A DNA stretch of 64,000 nucleotides from Basidiobolus meristosporus CBS 931.73 (Eukaryota; Fungi; Basidiobolomycota). The stretch spans positions 14,852 to 78,851 of the forward strand of contig MCFE01000417.1 in NCBI GenBank assembly GCA_002104905.1, written 5' to 3'. The translations under genes were made by a program, and so were the position numbers. Below are positions 40,732-54,241 of this stretch, piece after piece. The notes below the pieces were generated by a model. That model did no database searches and was not told the DNA's origin. It saw only the letters and a list, made by a program, of their open reading frames with translations. Position 1 is the first letter of the stretch, and every line of letters begins with the position of its first letter.

Positions 40732-43032
40732 TTAAGCCTTGTTATCCTGGATCTTTTTGTACAATTGGGCAGCTTGCTCGGGTGTTTTGACACGCACCAG
40801 ATACTTCTGGGGTTTGTTGCCTTCGCCAACCGCGATGATCGAGACGTCCTTCTTGTTTTGAACGTAGTCGATCTTCATCTCCGGGAACACGGCTACGTTC
40901 AGGGTCACCTTACCGGAACCCTCGGTACGCACGAGGAATCTCTTCTTGTGGTTGGTGGTGTTCTCGTTCATCTTGAAGATTCCAATGCCCAAGTCGGCAT
41001 AGCTCTTCTTCTCCTTGTTCCAGCAGTAAAGCTTGCAACGGATCTCGTGGATGGTGGTCTCGTCCTCCTCACCTGCACCTGTCTTGACGAGATCTGGGTT
41101 ACTGGGCTCCTCGGCCTCCTCGGCCTCCTCTCCGTCATCCTGCTTCTCTTCACTCTGAGTGGTGGCCTCGGTGGTTGGCTTTGGTGAGGTGGAGGTACCA
41201 AAAGTGAAGCCAGCTCCGAATGGAGTGGTTGAGGAGGTGTTTAGAGGGCTAGAGGCAGATGGGGTTGTGGAGGTGGCTAAGGCACTACCAAATGAGATGG
41301 AGGTCTTCTTACGTTCGGTCGAAGTGGGAGTGGTCGCCGTTTCGGTGGATTTCTTGGGGCTCTCTGACGCTTGGGTAGCTCCGAAAGTAAACCCGGTGGA
41401 GGGCTTTTCGGGAGTCGTGGTTGTTGAAGCGCCGAAAGAGAACTTGGGGGTCGAGGAGCTGTCGACGGAGCTACCACCGAAGCTGAATGATGGCTTCGAT
41501 GGCTCGTCGGATTTCGTGTTAGGGGTCATGCCACCGAAGGTGAAAGCGGGCGTGGACTTCTCTTCAGTTTTGGAGTCACTGGAGGTGGATCCAAATCCGA
41601 AGGTTGGCTTCTGCTTTTCCTCAGGCTTGGAGCTCGAGGGAGCGCCGAAGGTGAATGATGGCTTGGCAGGCTCGTCAGACTTCTTTTCGGTAGATGGGGC
41701 ACCGAATGTGAAGCTTGGTTTCACCGACTCAGCTGACTCGCTGTCTTTGGCAGGCGCTCCGAAACTGAAGGATGGCTTAGGCTGGCTGTCGGATTTGTTC
41801 TCGGCAGGGGGAGCGCCAAAAGTAAACAAAGGCTTCGCGGCTTCCTCTTTCTTTTCCTCAGCAGCGTCGAGCTTCACCGATTTGTCAAGAGCGGGGACCG
41901 AGGGCTTTGGTGCATCTTTAGCTGACTCTTTGAATTTCTTTTGGATGCTAGCATGATGAGTTTTGTATTCCTCGAAAGCAGCAGAGAAGTCAACGAATGG
42001 ATTGATCTCTATTTGCTTCTTAACATGGTTCATGAACGACACGTTAAGTCCTCGAACGTGCTTGAACAAGTCTTTCTTGTCTTCCGATTTGGATTCCTGC
42101 GATTCGACATTGAGCTTGGTGGATTGGGGAGCACCAAAAGTAAATGTAGCGGGGGCTTTGCTAGCGGTGCTTGAGGCAACATCCGTCTTGGCCTTGTTAT
42201 TGTCAGAATTTCCAAGGGTCGAGGTGGAATCTGTGTCCTTCTTGCTACCAAATGTGAAAGAGGGAGATGATCCACCGAACGTAAACCCAATAGAGGCATC
42301 AGGTTTCGTTTCAGAAGTGTTGGCCGCACCGAAAGTGAAACCAGTTGACTTAGGCGCCTCCTTGGCGCCTGAATCCTCGGCAGAGTCGCTTTTGGGTGCA
42401 GCACCAAATGTAAAGGAAGCAGAACTGGCGGTAAAGGAACTACCCTTCTTTTCGGATTCCTTATCTTCGGTGGAGGCAGAAGGGGTACCAAAAGTAAAGG
42501 CGGCAAAGGGGGAAGGCTTCGGCTTCTCTTCGGTCACCTCAGGGGCAGGAACCGATCCTGGAGTTCCCCCAAATGAAAATCCGCTGAAAGGGGAAGGAGC
42601 AGAGGGCGTGGAAGCAGCCGAGCCAGCCTGTCGGTGAAGTAAAGCAAGTGAGTCGCTTGGAGCGAAGGGAAACCGGGAATGGTGGGGGCGAGCGAAACTC
42701 CATTTTGGAATGGTTCGTTCATGGATATAACGCGAAAACAAACCTTAGATCTTCTGGACACTGGCTTCTTTATCCTGGGGAAAAGCAAGACACAGGTTAG
42801 CCACACTGTTTCGCGTGAAAATAGAAGTAAATCGTCGCATACTTTCGTGCGGCAAGCTTGTCGGCGGAAGCTTGGCGGAAGCCAGACATCTGATCAACAT
42901 CCTTAGCAATAACGCAACGTTAGGAATCCAGGCAAGCAAAGCTGAACAAAACAGAGGGCGGGTAGATCTTACCTCTTCCTCCTCGTGTTGATTGAGTTGC
43001 GTGAGTTGTTTATCAGCTCCTCTCTTTGACAT
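40732..43032 (-). CDS. NUP2: Nup2/Nup50-like nucleoporin (N-terminal importin-alpha-binding motif, FxFG repeats, C-terminal Ran-binding domain)
   Basis: MSKRGADKQLTQLN start at 43032; about 3 introns near the 5' end; many FTFG/FSFG repeats; GEEDETTIHEIRCKLY...LGIGIFKM...RFLVRTEGSGKVTLN RanBD. Confidence 0.88.
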
Positions 43033-43545
43033 TATGAGATATAAAGTATGCAAGGACAGAGAGATATATATGAAGTCGCCTTTTCTATAACAACAACATT
43101 TCCAACATTTAATTTTTGAATGATCATAGTTCCAAGCGCTGAACAACAGACGGTGATTGGCTGTCGGGGGAAGGATTCCATCTTCATCGAATAAAAAAAA
43201 TAGACTCAAAATTTTGATCAACCATCAGTGAGGTTCGAAACTTCTTGATCCTTAGCGCAAACGTAATCCAAATGAAGCATCGATTCAGCAAACCCAGCAT
43301 CATTTAATCAGATGCCTTTCCAGTTTGCTAAGATACGCAAGCTTATGGCCAGAGTCTAATAGCAGAGCCAGAACAATCATAGTGATCTGTGCTAGATTTG
43401 AGCTCATGGGTTGGTAACCTTTTAATGAATCTGTATATATGTACTGATCTCTATGTCGGCTGATTTCCTCATATAAATGCCTGATACGACTGCCAAATGC
43501 TAGCATACATTTTCCAACCATTTGTCGCACAGCGTTACTTTGATT

Positions 43546-44169
43546 ATGAGTTCTGAAGACGACAAGCTTATGGAGGCATCTCTCCGTGAAGCGACCAGCA
43601 ATATGCTAGTATCTGATGGGGTTGCCTCCACCCACCCAGTGAAATTCTATGAGCTTGAGGAGGGCCCGGAGCAGAAAGCTATCAATAGCTCTCGAACGCT
43701 GGAATTACTGCAAGAGAATGAGGGGGGTTTCTATTATCGTCTACCGAAAGATAGCACAAAGGTCACCGCTTGGCTGAAGAAATTGAACCAAGCAGTCTGG
43801 CCTTATCTGGTGCCAGAAATCGAGCAGGTCCTTCCGGAATTGACCAAAATCTTGTTGTTCGAAGATTTCCCCAAGAACTACAGCCTGTATTTACATGTCA
43901 CTCAGAAGAAGGAGCAATTGAACACTGTCAAGTTCAGAACAGATGCCTACCTCTTTGGCCACCCCCAAAATAAGAAATTCCGCTCCCCCAACGAATTCCT
44001 GCCTCACTTCCTGTGGTTGCTGGCCGGTAGCACCGAGAGCGGGAGCGAATGTATCTGCCAGTACTGTAGCCGAAGTAAGTCTCGTACCCCCAAGCGCAGC
44101 GCCACAAAGACCCTTTCCTCGAAAGTGAAGAAGCATAAAGTAACGCAGTTTACCCTCGAATGTGAATAG
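43546..44169 (+). CDS. Clr2-like protein (cryptic loci regulator 2 N-terminal domain), ~207 aa if unspliced
   Basis: RTDAYLFGHPQNKKFRSPNEFLPHFLWL...CICQYC matches the recalled Clr2_N signature. A possible donor GTAAGT at ~44075 means the 3' end may differ. Confidence 0.7.
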   Translation: MSSEDDKLMEASLREATSNMLVSDGVASTHPVKFYELEEGPEQKAINSSRTLELLQENEGGFYYRLPKDSTKVTAWLKKLNQAVWPYLVPEIEQVLPELTKILLFEDFPKNYSLYLHVTQKKEQLNTVKFRTDAYLFGHPQNKKFRSPNEFLPHFLWLLAGSTESGSECICQYCSRSKSRTPKRSATKTLSSKVKKHKVTQFTLECE

Positions 44170-44619
44170 CTAGGCGACCCCTCCCTTGGAATTCGATACT
44201 TGCATACGCTAGCTACGATTCCTTTAGCTCTGGATTGTATTCTTTTTGAGGCGGTACTGAAACTCAACCCAGCCGCCATTTACCTTTGCTTAGATGCTCA
44301 CATCCGTGGTTTTGCTTAGAGAACATGTTTATCTCACAGAAATCTGGCCATACCGCCTGCTGCCAGCAGCATACCTCCAGAAACGAAGTTTGAAACTGTT
44401 TGGCTGAGGGATTTCTGACATATTGATGTCTGATCAGAATGGTTTGATGTTATTAAAAAGATTGGCTTTAAGAGAGAGAATTGGATATTTGGATGAGTTT
44501 TCTACTATTATACAACGTCGATTGCTCGCCGGCCTAGTGCAATTGGTCGATAGTAAATATGCTTAAGCATCACCAGCATGGCTCCTGTGGAGCAGCCTGG
44601 GTGGGATGTGGATCGTTCC

Positions 44620-47324
44620 TTAGTCCACCTTGAAATGCTTCGATAAATAGCGGCGTACCAGGATGACACAAACGACACTAAGCGCGCACATAGATATTCC
44701 AATGATCAGCTCCATAACTTGGGAGCCATACGAGGGTACTTGAAATAGCTGGAAGCCGATAGGGTCCCACCTAGGATGAAGCTTCGGGTGAGGGCCTGTG
44801 ACAGATACATGAGGTGGGGAACACTTACGTGCTCTCGGTCCACACCGGCTGACGCTGATCTTTGACAATGAACTGGCCTTCCTCAGTCAAGGCCAAGCCT
44901 GTCCCATAGGCATCATGGAATCTGGTCAAAGAGGATATGCACGTTCCCGCGAGGCACATCTGCTCCTCCTACAGGCAGCCAATGTTAGCCTAGATCCTGG
45001 TTGGAGCATTGCGTTGACTCCGTTCAACATTTACCTTGCAATCGGATCGCTGCTTGCATCCAGAGCCCCTCTCATACGCTGTGAGGTTTGCCATGAAATA
45101 GTAAAGAAAGGTAGATTGCACGTTCGGCTGCCCCATCTGGAAGACTCCGGGATAGTAGCTGAGCCGTCCGATATTCGATACTAGATTGAGGTCGGTCAGG
45201 TGGTCACGTGGCAACTAGCCAACGGCAATCACCTACCTGAATAAAATCGATTCACTAGCGGGCAGGAGAAGTTCTGGCCAAGGCAGTAGAGCAGCTCCTC
45301 CACCTACAAAGGATGCATGGTCAGTGTTTGGCTGGGATTAAAGTAGGCGTGGTTGAGTACCAGTGTGCAGTTGGCTTGCACCGCTGAAGTATCAAGATTC
45401 TCGTTTCCAGACGCTTGAGCCAGGGTCGCTTTCGCAACGACGGTTGCCACGCTACAGATAGAGCTTTTTGCCAACTCCATGCCCTGTGGGGCATCCAGCA
45501 TGCTGTTGTAAAACCTAAAAGTGAGTTAGTGGCTTGTCCATGCTTACGTGTTCCCTGGGTAGCCTGACCTATTCACTTCTGACCGGAAATCGGTGATAAC
45601 GGCGGCCGGGATGGCCTTCTTCTTGAGGAAGGACATCGTGCTAGATGGGGGCAAACCTCGGTAGATGTTGTCCGAATCGGCCCGTGTGACGCTTCCACCG
45701 GATTGTTTGGTGATCGAGTTTGCTAGTGAAAGGCTTGAAGTGCTGTTATCGTGCTGATGGAGGAAGAAACCGGGCTCCCCAGAAAAGGACCCTACTTTTC
45801 CGATCTGATTCAACTCAATAATGCTCTCAATGCTATCAAAGTTTATCCTTCCGAAGTCATTGTCGCGAGTGCATGGGTATTCACATGTGGCCTTGATGTA
45901 CGGGCAGCTGGATGTTGATTTGGTAAACGTCTTTTGGCAGGTGAACGGGGTGCTTATATCCTGAACAAATCTGGACGACCCGCTGTACCCCCATGACTCT
46001 GTGTTAAAGAATGTATACACAACGTGCTTTGGAAGCGAAGACATTGTCACCGGACTCTACAAGGAAGCATAAGTGCAATGCCTAGTGCGGATTCCTTGAA
46101 TGACCGTACCTTAGAAAGCGCCTCGGCCACAGCCATTAGCCCGATCATGCCTGACAGATTGTTGTCAAACCCGCTGGCGAGGTCATGGAAAAAACTATTG
46201 CTATCAATTGCAGTCGATAACACGATGACAGGCTTCCCGTCGTTGCGCTGGATACCTGAAGAAGGAGTCGAATACACAGAGAAATCTCCCACTGGCGAGC
46301 AAAACCCTACGATGCTTCGATGAACCAACCGCGGAGTCAAGGGCTATCCAGCTGATGGTACAATACCTCTTCGAAGACAGGTTTCGGAGTCCCTGGTGGC
46401 ATACATGAAAGAGTTAAATTGCACCGCATTCAACGGGTATTTGTACGCTTTCTGGGCGTTTTCCTCTGCAGCCTGGAATTAAACAAACCATGAATAGGGA
46501 TCCCTAGATATGGCTTGAATGAATGCTTGCTGTCACCTCAAGAATCGACCTCAGCGTATCGTTCGCCTTAGTGCTAATCCCCTCCACTGCATAAATTGGG
46601 AAGTCGTACGAGTTGTACATCAGCCCGTTTCCCTAGAAGCTGAATAAGCCATTTTGAACAACTGCACGATAGCATCAGACTAAAACCTTTGGGTTCCATA
46701 TGTACGCAGTTGTATCGTTGGCATATAAGCTGAAAGGTTGGTTTGGATTGGGCAAATCGGGTGAAAAGCCTACAGGTTTCGTCTCCGACTGGCCCACCGA
46801 CACAATCACTCCGCCAACTCTAGAGGATTCTCTTAATCTTTGAAGATTCTCACTGGAAAGAAGATATAAAATGACTTTGGGTTTTCTACATCGTGCATAG
46901 AAAAGTAAAGTACTTGGTGAACAAGTCCATTGGTATCACAACGGCGTAGTTCTCCTTGGAGCTGCTCTCTATAAAGTGAGCAATCTCATTTGCGTTATTA
47001 ATCGGATATAATACACCAGTGGTTCCACTTTTGGCTGTACAAGCAACAGGTATGTTAGGTACGGGTGATTGAGCTAGTAGCCTCCGGTTTGTACCTTGGC
47101 AACCGATAGAGCCTGAGGCATTCAGCAACCGCACACACGGGAAGCCAAGTAAATCTTTGTATATCTTGTCGTAGAAATTAGATACGCCCAGTACTAGAAA
47201 CAGACCAGTGATTATGTCAGCATTGCAATAGACGATTGATGGGGGAGAGCGACAGCAATAGGGTTTCCATACCTAGAGGCAGTACGGAGCACCAACCTAG
47301 TGTATAAAGGATGGCGCGAAGCAT
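44620..47324 (-). CDS. Nicastrin (gamma-secretase subunit), multi-exon
   Basis: Signal peptide MLRAILYTLGWCSVLPL|VLG; CVRLLNASGSIGCQ; IVLSTAIDSNSFFHDLASG; FFNTESWGYSGSSRFVQDI; LPPSS; WTES.W followed by a single C-terminal TM helix (ELIIGISMCALSVVCVILV). Confidence 0.88.
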
Positions 47325-48056
47325 CGTTCGACGAAGCAGTTAAGGGACGGCCTCCCAGCCCACACTCATATCCCTTACATAGGACCAACCGTACCACATA
47401 TTAATTGTCAAATTAATATCAAATGTTAAATTGCTCATGATCAGTGCAAATTCACTGCAATTGAATGATGGAAATGGTAGGAGTATCCGATATTCCATAA
47501 TATGGCGCTTTTCCAATATATCCGGTGTTACCATATGCAATCACAACTCGGCCATTGTGGGACCTCCATTGCAAACCCTTTGTGTAAATGATGCACAACT
47601 GTCAACAGTAGAGGAGCCACAACAAACTCCTCGAGACGGCCAGCAAAGGCTCACCCTTTGATACTGCCTGGGCGCCGGTACTTTCGTCGGTGTTTTATGA
47701 TCCAAGCCTGAATCTTTACCTGCATGTATATGGAATATGGGGCTGATAATTAGGCAGCAAATGCTCGACCGCTGCAAAACAGACGACGCCCTCTCCGCAT
47801 CATTGCAACTACACGGAGACAAACCGATCGCTCAAATCGCCAGTACTCGCCGATCCTATAGTCGGCTATCCGGACATTCATCAATGCATCTCAACTCCAC
47901 CACATGACCAGCAAATCCATGTATTCCTATTTATTGTTTATCGTGCTCTATTGAACAATGTTGTAGTCTACTGCAAATACTTGGAATTCCTGGTCGCATT
48001 GGCCTTCCTATGAATGGCTTGCGGAACACGCAAAATACTCGAAGCCATCCACTCCA

Positions 48057-49379
48057 TCAATACCACATGGATGACTGCGCACCCTGCTCATTGGTCTCAT
48101 CCTCCAGCTGAATCTGGATTGCCCCGAGCTTATCCTGAAGTATACGTAATGCTGTGAGAACAACATCCTCCGGCTTCAAGGATCCCACGGTCTATGATAG
48201 CTGTATGTTAGGTCAGGGTGCGATGGTTTAGTCTCCAATGTTCACTCACCTCAAAATCCACGTAGAATCTGTCTGGCTCGGCTTTGTAGTCGAAAGCTAC
48301 AGAAAATGTCAATTTAGCGACCCTGTGGGCTAAGCAATGGTGCAAGTGGTACTCTACGTTCGTTTGGCGAGGGCTTTTCCTCGAACTGGCCATTTCTGCT
48401 TACTGGCCTGGATCAAATAAACACTTAGCGTCTCGATGGTTTGCATAACCACTCTGATTGGGTAGAATAATTACCATTCCTTCTCGGCATCCTCTTCAAT
48501 CCACCAGCGCGAATGTCTAAGCTTGTTCCATGGGTCGTATTCAAACCCAACACCGCTGATTGGACTCCATTTGGCGTGCTCCTTGGAAACCCCCTAGAAA
48601 CAGCTATTAGTGCCTTTGAAATCAGTGGTTCAGCAAAGCTCGCTACCTTTTTGGCAACACAGTTGAGCTTCAATTCTTGTCCCTTTCTGAGTTTGACAAT
48701 GAGAATCCCATTATCTTCGGGGCCTGCAAGGCAAAGCATGTAGATAAGCAAGAGGCGGTACACTTGAACGGTCTCTCTGTTGACTAACCTGCCAGGACTG
48801 GTGTGACTCTAGGATCGGTGCTGACCAGATCCTTACTTGTGATATCGAGAGTTTCGTCACCGGTGCATTTGACATCCAAGGTTAATTCCACCGAGCAATT
48901 CGAGCAGTATTGAGAGCAGTTGCAATCCTGGAGTCAAGATTAGGATGGTGTTGCATAAGCGGCTAGGCTTGCATACGTACTCTCGTGTATTTGATGCGAT
49001 CGACTTCATTACTGTCCAGCGGAATCATACCTAGTCTGTGGGCAATAAATTCATCAGCTAACACCGATGTATTCAGCTCGATCTCCACCATGTCAATCGC
49101 TGAAGTGAGGTTAGACTGGATTAGTAGCGCGACGACGAGCAGCATGCGCTGCGAAAGACAACAAAGGGGAATTTCTACCGATTGTAGGGACTTCCGCAAT
49201 CATGGCACGACGAAGTGAGTTGGCAACACTGCAACCAGGAAAGGTAAATAACTGAGCAAGAAACCACTCTCCAAACTGGGGCCAAACCTGAGATCGGTGT
49301 TGGACAAAATGAAATCGATCCTGTCGTCGGTAATTTCGCGTATGTATACTTCGGGACCACCACTACCAGCACGATCCAT
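48057..49379 (-). CDS. RPB3: RNA polymerase II subunit RPB3
   Basis: [21 protein letters not shown]; [21 protein letters not shown]; [15 protein letters not shown]; [11 protein letters not shown]; [13 protein letters not shown]; [11 protein letters not shown]. Confidence 0.95.
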
Positions 49380-50828
49380 TTTTTGACTTGAAAATGTAAA
49401 AGGCGAGAAACAAACGGACGTGTCGAGAAATGGGAGTGTATAAATCACCAGATGTGCCAGCACAATTTTTTTGAGACCTTGATTCCCTAAAAAATATGGC
49501 TCGCAGTATTGCTTATCTATTGATCTTGTTAAATCAAACAACCTCTATCTTACTGATTGGTTGGCAGTGACCATAACATTTGTAGCTTGGAATTTCACCA
49601 CTGCGGTATGTGTCCTCGAGCATGCAATTCAGTCTCACGGTCGAGTTGACGGCTTTACAGAACTGGTTCATTCCATGCGGCTACATAGAAGCACAGCCTT
49701 GAGAGTCGTGATCTCTGGAAAACCACGAGACTCACGCACATCTCATATATAGTGTATTAAATGAAACGACCGACTGGTTCCCTAAATATGGTTTACATCG
49801 AGCGTGTCACATCCCCGTCAAGTAGCTTCGCGGCTCCAACCTGGGGTCTTTCGCATAGTTGACCAAGTTCTCCTTTTGACAAGTATCGAGAGAAATGGAT
49901 GGTTTGTCCTGCCGCACACACAACGTTATATCTGAGATCGATCGCCGAAGAAACTCTTGGTCGTTGGCCCCTACAGGCCAGTAACCACGGAAACTCAATC
50001 GAAGTTGGTCAAAGCAATATGGCCGGAGCGTGGACTACTGCCTACACTCAAAGATACGTACAACAAGTAAAGCACTCCGTGCTACATCGACAAGAGTTGC
50101 CAACTGTTTGAGGCTGAGGGATTGTCCCGACTAAAACTCCTGCACAGGCGTGAAAACCCAATCTGGCGGCGAGGCGGTAGTACAAGGAGTGGTGAGGCTC
50201 GTGCGTGCACCGACACGGAGGTTTCCCACACCACGCCCTTGATCTCCGGCACGTGTTGAACCAAGTAGGAATGACAGAGGTGCTCGGGACCACTCTCGAA
50301 CTGTTTGGGTTGGTGGCTTCTGACACACCACCATCTTAACCGTAAACATAAGTGAGTTCTTGGGGATGGGGAGGGGAGCTGGGCATTACAACGGACTACT
50401 CTGGGACTAATCGAAAATCTCGCTTTCGGTTATCAAGGTGCTCGTACCTCGTACTTTGCATCACAGCATATTGATCTATGGTACCTCTATGCGTCTTTAC
50501 AGCGGCAAACGGTGGTGTTTGCAAGTGCCGAAATCATTATTAGGTGCGTTTATTCTCAGCGTGCTGATTTGGCTTCTGAGTGTTCCTTCCCATACGTTTA
50601 TATTGTAGTGTACATGCCTTATTTTCACCCGAGCTGGTCAGCCCTTATGACACTGAGCCTTGTTAAGCCAACGGATACATAATCCCTATACTTCAGTGAG
50701 AAGCAGATGTTTGTGTAGTCTGTGGGGGGGGGGTAAGAAACATGCTTCATTGGGAAGCTATTTTATTCACCGTACGTGGGGTATCTATTAGGTATACATC
50801 AGGTAAGATGCGGTTAGAAACACTCCAA

Positions 50829-52586
50829 TCAAAACATAACCAACGCCATCTTTTCGTTCTCGATGGGTGGGCATCTCCAATTATAAAGATAGTAGTTCAG
50901 GTAGCCGTCACCAGGGCCGAATTTGAGCTCCTCAATGAACTCGGTGTTGTGCAACAACTCAAGTGCGTTCATAACATCAAAGCCAGCCTGATATTCCTGA
51001 TTAGTTGAAGTTGCAAACTAGGTTTCACAAGACCTCCACTTACGTTGTTGGCCAAAATCATAGCGTTGCGAACCAAGGCCTGAAGACGCTGTGTGTACTC
51101 TTTGCTACGCTTGGGAGATTCGCTTCCCTCATCGACGGGTTCGCTAGAAACATCCGTGGCATAATAGTACAAGTAGGCGGCGTTCAGGGTCTTATGCTTG
51201 GGGTTACCAAGTACAGAGCTGGGTAAAGAGTAGAAGGAAACAAAGTCGGTGATGGCACCATTGTCGCGGTTCTAAAAAACGAGGCTTAGAACCGGCGCAG
51301 AACACATCATGTAAAAGCTTGACGTCTACCTCAACAACATAGCTGTATACAACGTCTTTGATCGGAAGGAAGTAGTGACGGACGTCTTCATCAGTCTGGA
51401 ATACTGGGCCATAATCGAATTGAGCCAAATAACGGTTCAAAAGAGCGCGTACGGATACAATATCTTGCTCCAGCATAGGACGCAGTCCATTGATAGTTGT
51501 TGCGTTTGGCAGTTTGTACCGACGCACCAAGCGATCCATTGTCATTCCGCGAGGGAGGGCAGAGAAGCCGATTTCGACCAGCTTCTTGGGGTTTAAGGAG
51601 CGGTGATGATACCTGATCTTAATTAGCTTCCTTGAGCAGGTGGAGGGACACTGCACTCGAAATTTACCTGCAGGTTGCAATGGGTTTGGGGATGACAATG
51701 CCGGCAGTGTAGGTGGCCTGGAAAATCCCCTCCATGTTAACTCGACGGGTGATCTCTTTGATGAGGAGGGGTGCTAGACGCTTGCTACGGAGCTTCTTGT
51801 GGATGCACAAGAAATTGATCTCAACAAGATGGCGCACACTAGTATCGAAGTAAATAAACAAATGCCCCATGAACTATAAGTTTGCTAATCCGAGTATTAC
51901 TTGGTACGAATCTTGAGGTCAGCTGGTACTCCAGATATAAACGCTACCAGCTTCTGATTGGTAGTTGCGCGAACACCCAAATGCCAGGCCTTCTTCCAGC
52001 CAGGGGGCTTCAAGGCCCTAAGGTTTAAGATCGTCAGTCTGAAAACAGCTGCGCATCAAGCAATCGCAAGTCAAATACCAAGAAATAAATTCGGGAGTGT
52101 AGTCAAAGCGGAAAGTGGCATCGTCATCTTCCACGTAATTTAGCGAGAGTAAAGTATACACTTCCTTAAGCTAAAAGCAACACCAACACATCAGTTCAGT
52201 GCATCTGGAAAATCCATCAAGGTATTTTACCTCTTCCGGGTTTTCTAAATCGATAAGGACCCAATCAAAGCTGCCAGGCAACGGGTAAGGATTTTGACGA
52301 ATCTCCTGTACGTTCTTTTCGTTATCAATTGCTCCTTCAGTCTCTACAACTTCATCTATAGCAGATTGATATAAAGGATGGTCAAATAAAGCAAGCGTAT
52401 AAAGACAAGTGTTGTGCGGCTACCATATTGGGGGACTGGTTGTGTTTTCCAGAATTTGTGCTCTGCCGGCACTTTATCTTCCTGGGATTTGCTCACATCC
52501 ATTTGCTGCATAGCAAGCCTTTGAAGTAATTCTTGGAGCTTTTTGGAATCTTCGAGATCGCTCTTCGATTTGTTAGGATCAGACAT
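50829..52586 (-). CDS. NMT1: Glycylpeptide N-tetradecanoyltransferase (N-myristoyltransferase)
   Basis: [11 protein letters not shown]; [30 protein letters not shown]; YTAG; [15 protein letters not shown]; FDVMNAL; [16 protein letters not shown]; ends KMALVMF*. Confidence 0.96.
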
Positions 52587-52937
52587 CTTTTTTGGCAAAG
52601 TCAAAGAACCAAGCAAGGACAAACTGAGGGGTTTAGTATGAGTGCTCACGTGACATATTCGGAGCATAAAAATGCTGATTGATTTATAACAGGAGAAAAA
52701 TGACATGACGGCAAGGGCGATGGACACTTTTGGAAGCCTGTGTTGCTCGATGATAGGATCAACTCTATTTCCCACCTTGCCAATTTCATTAGTGATTTAA
52801 ATTTGCTGGAATCAAGTGTAGAATCATCGCAATTCAGTTTGAATAGCCAACATTTAGGGAACTGACTCAGTCTCATGTTGTACAGAGGAGGAATATTTGT
52901 CTGAATCACATGAAAAACCCAACTAACAGTTGCTATC

Positions 52938-52943
<6 letters not shown>

Positions 52944-52975
<32 letters not shown>
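52944..52975. repeat. (AT)16 microsatellite
   Basis: Direct reading of the sequence. Confidence 0.95.
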
Positions 52976-52979
<4 letters not shown>

Positions 52980-54241
52980 ATTTTGAGATCTACTCTCGGA
53001 TCATGTCTTCAGGGCTAAGCTAAGGCAATTCCACGATGGGTACCAACTCTTTGATATTCACTAGATATACTGAGTGTAGAGCCATCTTCGAGCATTCATA
53101 GCACCTGAAAGTATATTTTCTTTTGCTAGATCAGCTACATCCTGTCTGTAAGTTGTAATGCGCAAAGTATCATAGTCAAAATGATTTCCCTCCATAATAT
53201 CCCACTGTTCTCTGATTTCATAACATACAGTAGGCAGACAAGGGAGAACAATGATTTGCTTAACTTCAAGCCATCTCCAGTTGCACAATAATTAACCAAT
53301 GCTTGTATGCCACTCCAAAGTGGGAATTCTTGAGGAATACCAACTGACAACTAGCTTACCTTCAAGTGTTGTTGCAAGTCCCAGATTCAATAAATCAGGG
53401 TTTACTAATTTACTATAGCATGGAAGGAAGGTGTATATAGCCAGTCAGTTATGCTCTCTAAATGCAAATTGGGATACCCAGCCATGTGCATTTTCCAAAC
53501 CAAAGTAAGTCTTTAATAAGCATTTGTTGTTACCATACGCATCATAGAAAAAACCGCTTGGTCACGTGAATATTCCAGTAAGGAGCACAAGTAAAAAATG
53601 TATTCTGTGGAGTATACAGAACTTCAACAGCATACCCCAAGTTCAATATATGAAGCCTGGCTATTTCACTGTCAAAGGTGTAGAGTAAATAGAGTTTGGG
53701 AACGTACTACTCCAGATAGGCTTGGGAGCCTGAGAGTAATTTGAAAAAATAAGGAAAAATGGGATTGGTGCTTAGCCTTTAGCTCATAACAGTAAAGTAC
53801 ACATTGTTTTGAGGAAGGTCCCAGAAAACTGTGGCAATGGGTAAACCCTATACTTCAGGATGGTCTGTTGAGAAGACCACTGGGTATCACACTCGGCACA
53901 TCGTCTTATCGTGCAAAGGATCGATGCAGATACCATGTAACCAAGCTCCACCCTGTATACACTTACCGTGGTTGGTTGTGGAGGCGTGGCCTTCTCTGCG
54001 GCCTATATTTCACCAAAGCCACCACCCAATTGACGGGGAAACCGGAAAAGCGCCACAGATTTTCTGTATCCATTGGAATTGAGGACCAGTGTGCGGAATG
54101 TCATGGTTGACTCCCCATCACCGGAGTAATAGGTTAGTCCGCCAAAGCTGAGGCTTAATTTGATACTTGGCATCACGAATCGTCACATCATGGCTATGTG
54201 AAATCACCCCAGTAGGCACATGGCCAGTACAAGCAGTGAGC

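Noticed and set aside
41150-42620. Regularly spaced short repeats (CCGAAGGTGAA-like) suggesting an array or CRISPR
   Set aside because: They encode the FxFG repeats of the nucleoporin and are not identical repeats with unique spacers. No CRISPR, rRNA or tRNA gene was recognised anywhere in the window.
50385-50405. ACAACGGACTACTCT resembling the RNase P/MRP RNA 3' conserved region
   Set aside because: I found no complementary upstream P4 half (GAAAGTCC-like), so there is no support without a covariance-model search.
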